A stretch of 64,000 nt of DNA from the human T2T-CHM13v2.0 reference genome, Homo sapiens: the NCBI RefSeq assembly GCF_009914755.1, contig NC_060930.1. One strand, 5' to 3'. The notes beneath the pieces were generated by a model, which was given only the letters and a program-made list of their open reading frames with translations, searched no databases and was not told the origin of the DNA. The translations under genes were made by a program, and so were the position numbers. This document shows positions 58,151 to 64,000 of this stretch, piece by piece (the stretch's first letter is position 1; each line of letters starts with the position of its first letter).

Positions 58151-58799
58151 CCCCATATCCTAATCATACCTTGCCCACCTTGCCCTCTTTTTGTCTACTC
58201 CTCAAGCAGGCTTCTGTGACTTGTAAGCAAAGCAGGCCTAACATTTACCATTAGGATCGGCTGAGCCAAGCAGGCAGACTTAGCTTCTTCACTCTGTATG
58301 ACAAATAAAGCTTGTGGAAGTGTTCCAGATGAAAGGAGACTAAAGACAAGATCGCACTGCTCCCAAGCTTTGGGACTGGAGCACACCGTCTGACTCCTCT
58401 GAAGCTCAGTGTTCCTTGGCTGTAAAATATCTAGTTAGACAGTCCCACCATCCCTTTTCCAGGGATTCTGGGCCAGATGTGAAAGGGAATCTGGTGACGC
58501 ATTTACTGGATGTTACGTACCATCCCTGGTGTTTTTCAGCAAACTTTGTGAACATTCACATGCCGGGAAAGAAGATAAAACTATTGCCTCACATCAGTTC
58601 AGCTCAGGTTTTATAAGCAATTGAGTTTGCACCAAACCTATCAAAGAAAGAATTCAATTTTCAAAGGTTCATTTCGTTTTGTTTTTCAAATTCAGAATTG
58701 AAGATAAGGAACTGTGTTTATCTCCTTGGGTTCTTTTGAAATTTCCATCCTGCTTCCAGGTCGATCCAGGTGCAGCATTTTGAAGAACGCCTGTTACCT

Positions 58800-58960
58800 T
58801 CTATTATTGCATCACTTTATGTCTCTGTCTCTCACTGGGCTGCAAGCTCTTTAAAACCCAGAGCTATTATCACAGTCATTTTTGTATGCACCTCACTACC
58901 TAGCAAAGTGTTTCATGTACAGCGAGGCTTGAATAAATGTTTATCAAATGAATAAATGCG
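58800..58960 (+). mobile_element. L2 LINE 3' terminus
   Basis: ctgcaagctctt...cctagcaaagtg...gaataaatgtttatcaaatgaataaatg. Confidence 0.7.
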
Positions 58961-59432
58961 GTTTCAAAGATAATTTCTTTTCAGTATTCAAAACACAATG
59001 CATAGTTGCAGATTTCCTAGAGTGAGCAATTATTGAGTCATTTGAAGATACATAAATCTAAAAATTCAGGTGGCAATGTCCTTATTCCTTTCAATTCACC
59101 CTTTTTAAAGCATCCTCAATAAAACTATATTCCCATAACTTTAAACAAGCAAGTCAAATAGAGGTAGTAGCAGAAGTGACAGAAGCAACTTAGATTTAGT
59201 GAAAGCTACAATATGCGAAGTATTCTTTAAAGAACTTTATGTGTATTAAATTATAACCTGTCAACCATATTTTAAAATTTGTTCATTTTACTGATATGGA
59301 AACAAGACAGGCAAGTTGCCTAAAGACACACAGCTAGTAAGTGGCAGCTGTCAATCCCAGGCCATCAGCCTCCATAACCTATGATCACATGACCTCTCAC
59401 ATAAGGGGAACACAAAACCCCCTTTTGCTTTC

Positions 59433-59882
59433 ATTATGGGTTGAATTGTGTCTCCCCAAAAGATGTCACAGTCCTCACTTCCAGTACCTGTGAATGTGAC
59501 CTTATTTGGAAACAGAGTTGTGGCAGATGTAATTAGTCAGGATGAAGTCATGAGGGTTGGCCCTAATCCAATATGACTGGTGCCACCTATATAAAGGAAA
59601 AATTCAGACACAGGCATGCACACAGGCAGAACCCCACTGAACATGAAAGCAGAGACGAGGTGATGCATCCTCAGGCCAAGGAGCATCAGAGACTGCCGGC
59701 AGGCCAGCAGAAGCCAGGACAGGGCTGGAACAGACTCCCTCACAGCCCTCAGAAGGAACCAGCCCTGCCCACACCTTGATACCTCCAGCTTCCAGCCTCC
59801 AGAACTGAAAAAAATTAATTTCTGTTGTTTAAGCCACCCAGCTGATGGTACTTTGTTACGGCAACTCCCGGAAACTAATATA
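59433..59882 (+). mobile_element. MaLR solo LTR, MLT1B/C-like
   Basis: ttatgggttgaattgtgtctcccc...gtgaatgtgaccttatttggaaa...ttccagcctccagaactg...gaaactaata. Confidence 0.88.
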
Positions 59883-61692
59883 AGCCCATCAAACTGCTAA
59901 AAGACATTAGCTAGAATCAGCAATGCCAATACATAATCCTGCAGAAGGCATGTGCATAACATAATAATTGCACCTTTGTTGGACTGAAGAGCTAAAGATA
60001 CAGGACATTAATGCGGCTTCCAACTCACTGGCATGCCCCCAAGTCCTACTTCCTGGCCTTTCAGTAGCTATGTCTTAAAAAAAGAAAAAAGGAAACTAGA
60101 AACCCAAAAAACCAAGTGAAGACACATTTCCATGCTACCCGCCAGCTCCTCAGAATGAGCAATGCCACCACTCCCGTCCAGGAGCACACATGTTCCCACA
60201 CTCACACATCAGCCACAAAGCAGACACTTCCCACTCTCTGCCCCGCAACCCACTGATGATATTCTCCACCCTCCCACAGACAGTGCATGAGTCACAGACA
60301 GCAGGTGGCAGCTGGGGACCACTGTCAATGCTTCCCAGTCCTTCTGTGGGCTGCAAGAGGGGGAGAGAGGTGGCCCCACAAATGGACACCAGAGCAAGAG
60401 TTTCGTAGAGGGAGGGGAGGAATCTTCAGACCCCAGGATATTAGCATCACCTCCTGGCTGTCACTCACAGCAAATTTCTGGTTGTCTTGATATCAAAAAC
60501 CTGAAAGACACTGTAAAGGCATTTGGATGAGATTTTCCACCATCTGATGCAGTTGCTTCCGCTAGAGTTTAGGGTTTCGTCATCTGAGGTCTGCTGATCT
60601 AAATCTCTCTGCACGTGTGCCTGACACACCAGGGCTCTACACACAAACACACACACCCACACACGCACACACACTGGCTCTTGTCCCTGTAAGAACATAG
60701 CCTCCTGAAACAGCCCCAAAGCCTGGCAGTGAGCAATACACCCAGAGAGGTGCGGGGTGGGTCAGGTTTCTGACCCAACCCGAACTGAGTTTTGTGCTTG
60801 GGGTTAGTTCTTTTAGAAGTCCCTATCACTAAATCACCTTGGTAATTCCAGATGCCCATCAGGGATTTTGTTTCCTGAGAGTGAAGCCAACTCTGGACTC
60901 ACAGAAACTGTGGGGAATGGTCCCCAGCCGGGTGGCTACCACGAATGGGAAAGCCACCTTGTCATTGGTTTGAATTGAATTATAAAAACACCTGGGATGC
61001 GAACACAGGTTATTCTAAAGAGAAAATCCTATGATATTCACCAAGGGTTGACAGTTTGACAGAGGGATGCCTAAAACTGCAGGCAAAGGAGTAAACATTA
61101 AGCCAAAACGGTAGCCCACCAGACGCCCTGCTACTGCCTGTCAGCAGCACCCCACATGGGCCAACTTTCTGTGTGAAACAAGGAAGCCCATTCAGAAGAG
61201 AAATAAATGTTTCAGCCAAATTAAGCACAGACACCCACACAAAGAGCTCTATTAGATCATGACAGGCACAGAAGGTCACCTTGCCCCATGACTTGCCTGC
61301 ACTTAGGCACTGGAACACCCACCTACTGGAACTCTGCTAACAGGGAGGGGGACTCATTACCCGGAGCATCCTCAACTCCCAGTCGGTCACAGTTTAACAC
61401 TGGCCTCGTCAGCCCTCTTGGTACAGCATTGTCCAATAGACAGGATGGGAGTTTACTAGAGGCATACCTCTGTCTTGACTGCTGTTTATTCAGACAAGAT
61501 TGCGGGGCATGATTTTGCTACAGCAGGCCTGACAGGCTGGGGGCTCTCTCCTCATTTGGCTAAGTTCCATCATCCCAAGAAGGACATGGGTCTCAGAGGT
61601 GGGTTTTAAAGTGCAACAGCCCTACCTTGAAGCAAGATCTCAGAGGGTTGAAGGGAAATGAGGCTTCTAAGAGACTCCTTTAGCTTTTTAAA

Positions 61693-62004
61693 GTTTTTAT
61701 CTTTTATTTTTTGAGACAGGGTCTGGCTCTGTCACCCTCTCTCATGCCAGGCTGGAGTGCAATGGCATGATCTTGGCTTACTGCAGTGTCCACCTCCTGG
61801 GCTCAAGTGATCTTCCCATCTCAGCCTCCTGAGTAGCTGGGACTACAGGCATCCACCACCACGCCCGGCTGACTTTTGTATTTTTTGCAGAGACGGGGTT
61901 TTGCCATGTTGCCCAGGCTGGTCTCAAACTCCTGAGTTCAAGTGATCCACCCGCCTCGACTTCCCAAAGTGCTGGGATTACAGGTGTGAGCCACCACACT
62001 TGGC
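61693..62004 (-). mobile_element. Alu SINE (J/S-like)
   Basis: 14-bp duplication ctcctttagctttt at 61675-61688 and 62005-62018. Confidence 0.94.
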
Positions 62005-63613
62005 CTCCTTTAGCTTTTAAAAATTTCTCATGAATATTGTCATGACTACAGGTGCAAGCTTATTCCACTTTCTTTTGCCCATTAAATTCAGGTTAATTTT
62101 TGAACTACTCATCACGGTCACCTCTAATCCTTTCTAGACTAAAGCAAGAATCTAAATAAATATATAGACAGATTAGACTGCTCTCTTACTGCAGGTGATT
62201 AAACCTGAACAGATGATAGGTCCTGACATACAGCCTCCTAGGGCTGCACCATATAGAGTGGGCGGCCTGCACGCTGCTCGTCTTGGCCCCGCACAGATCT
62301 GTCTTGGGAGCCAGGAGGTCTGAGCCTCCTGGGAATGAAAACCTTCCTATTCAGACAATCACAGGGACATTATTGAGTAGAACAGAAAGTTCACGTGAGC
62401 TTTTCATATAAGAACAAGAGACCTCCTACAGACTGTGGTGCCCTGCAGGAGGCTTTGAGCTAAGCCACTTCACAACTCGGGGGCACCTGAGCAAAGAAGT
62501 CAGGGACAGTTTCAGAGCATTCAGGTGATTTCAGTGGCCCACCTGGGAAAATCAAAGATGGGGCTTTTCTCTCATAAACAGGAAGCAAATGGGCAATGCT
62601 GCCCACAGCCCACAGCTAGCAGAGCAGGTCCACATCTGCCCAACACGGAAAGTGAAAACAGACTGCAAAAGGAGCTTAACCTTCCCAGAAAACAATCCCA
62701 CCTGTGGATCCTGAGTCAGACCTTGCCAGAAGCAAATGGGCACCTGCCAGGAATTTGAGAGGTGACCTGGACTTTCTGAAATTTTCCAGAGTCTAAAATG
62801 GAGGGATGGTGTCTAGAAAGTTCTACAATATCCCAAACTGTGCCCTCTAGATAACAGGCACTCAATAAACATTTGGGGATGATGAGAAATCAGCCTGCCA
62901 TAAGCAGAGAGCCAATCAAGAAACTTGGCTCACACAGCACCAGGAGCACCCAATATTCCGGGGCAGGACCCAGAGTCTCCCTCTTACCCCCAACCCAGGG
63001 TCCTCCTGAAGTGGTCCTCAGATACACTTTGAGAGACACTGATCCCGACATGTCACACACCCAGGGATGATGGAGCTGCGACTAGAACGTGGTCGGATAA
63101 TGCCCCACTCAGTGCTGCTTCTCTTGTGCCAGAGCATGACTGATTATTGATAGAGACCGGGTATTTCCCTCTAAGTGCCAACAACCATCTATAACAAAGC
63201 TCTGCAGTTGGATGTGATTCAGAGTAAGCAAGTCATCCTTAACGCAGTTCTAAACTAGACTCTATGACACATGTTCTTTGAAAGTGGCTGCCGGCCTGTT
63301 CTTACAAGAAAAATGAACTTGGGGGCTTCCACTGGCTTGGCTCAGTGTGCTCTTCATCATTCGCTTGACCCGTTCCAGCGGCAGCCTGCAGCTGAAATCA
63401 AGAAGCATTTTCTATCCAGCCAACAGCACAGGTCCCAGGGCGATGCCTGGACCTCTGCCTGGAGGCAGTGGCTCAAAAGGATTATTTCATTCCTTCTCAT
63501 CAACCCAGAAGTCTCACCTCATCCAAAAGCTCATGTTTGAACTAATGACAATTAAAATGCAAAAGTACTGTTTCCTAGTCCCTTTGCCCTGTTTTCCTCA
63601 TCCATAATTTTAA

Positions 63614-63947
<334 letters not shown>

Positions 63948-64000
63948 TGTATTATACAATGTTTTATATACTATTTCCAAACCCCTTTGAAATGAAGATG

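Noticed and set aside
63262-63408. Minus-strand 48-aa ORF containing RLPLERVKRMMKS, reminiscent of the histone-fold start of NF-YC/POLE4/CHRAC1
   Set aside because: Similarity covers only about 11 residues and does not continue into the next helix; probably chance. A tBLASTn or HMM search would settle it.

Overview
Primate (human-like) non-coding DNA with no protein-coding exon, RNA gene or gene symbol that I can recognise. Much of the window is interspersed repeat: about 22 Alu copies or fragments, old L1M and L1PA 3' ends, L2, MIR, MaLR/ERV solo LTRs (MLT1, MST/THE1, MER21) and DNA-transposon fossils (Tigger1, Tigger3a, MER6, MER47, MER3, MER33, MER20, MER30, MER5A). Subfamily names come from remembered consensus sequences and need RepeatMasker confirmation; boundaries of old elements are approximate. 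The ORF track is explained by Alu, L1, Tigger1, simple repeats or chance. The most unusual structure is: (i) three short local duplications whose two copies lie 2-3 kb apart in direct orientation, with junctions typical of templated double-strand-break repair; (ii) a 31-bp minisatellite, apparently born inside an L2, with higher-order structure and about 24 helically phased NKX2-type TYAAGTG motifs; (iii) a tailless AluY with a target-site duplication; (iv) an orphan ~170-bp insert inside an L1 3' end; (v) a palindrome/direct-repeat template-switch scar; and (vi) two CpG-enriched candidate regulatory patches. L1/LTR orientation bias suggests a large intron of a minus-strand gene. I found no evidence of a new gene-encoded system.
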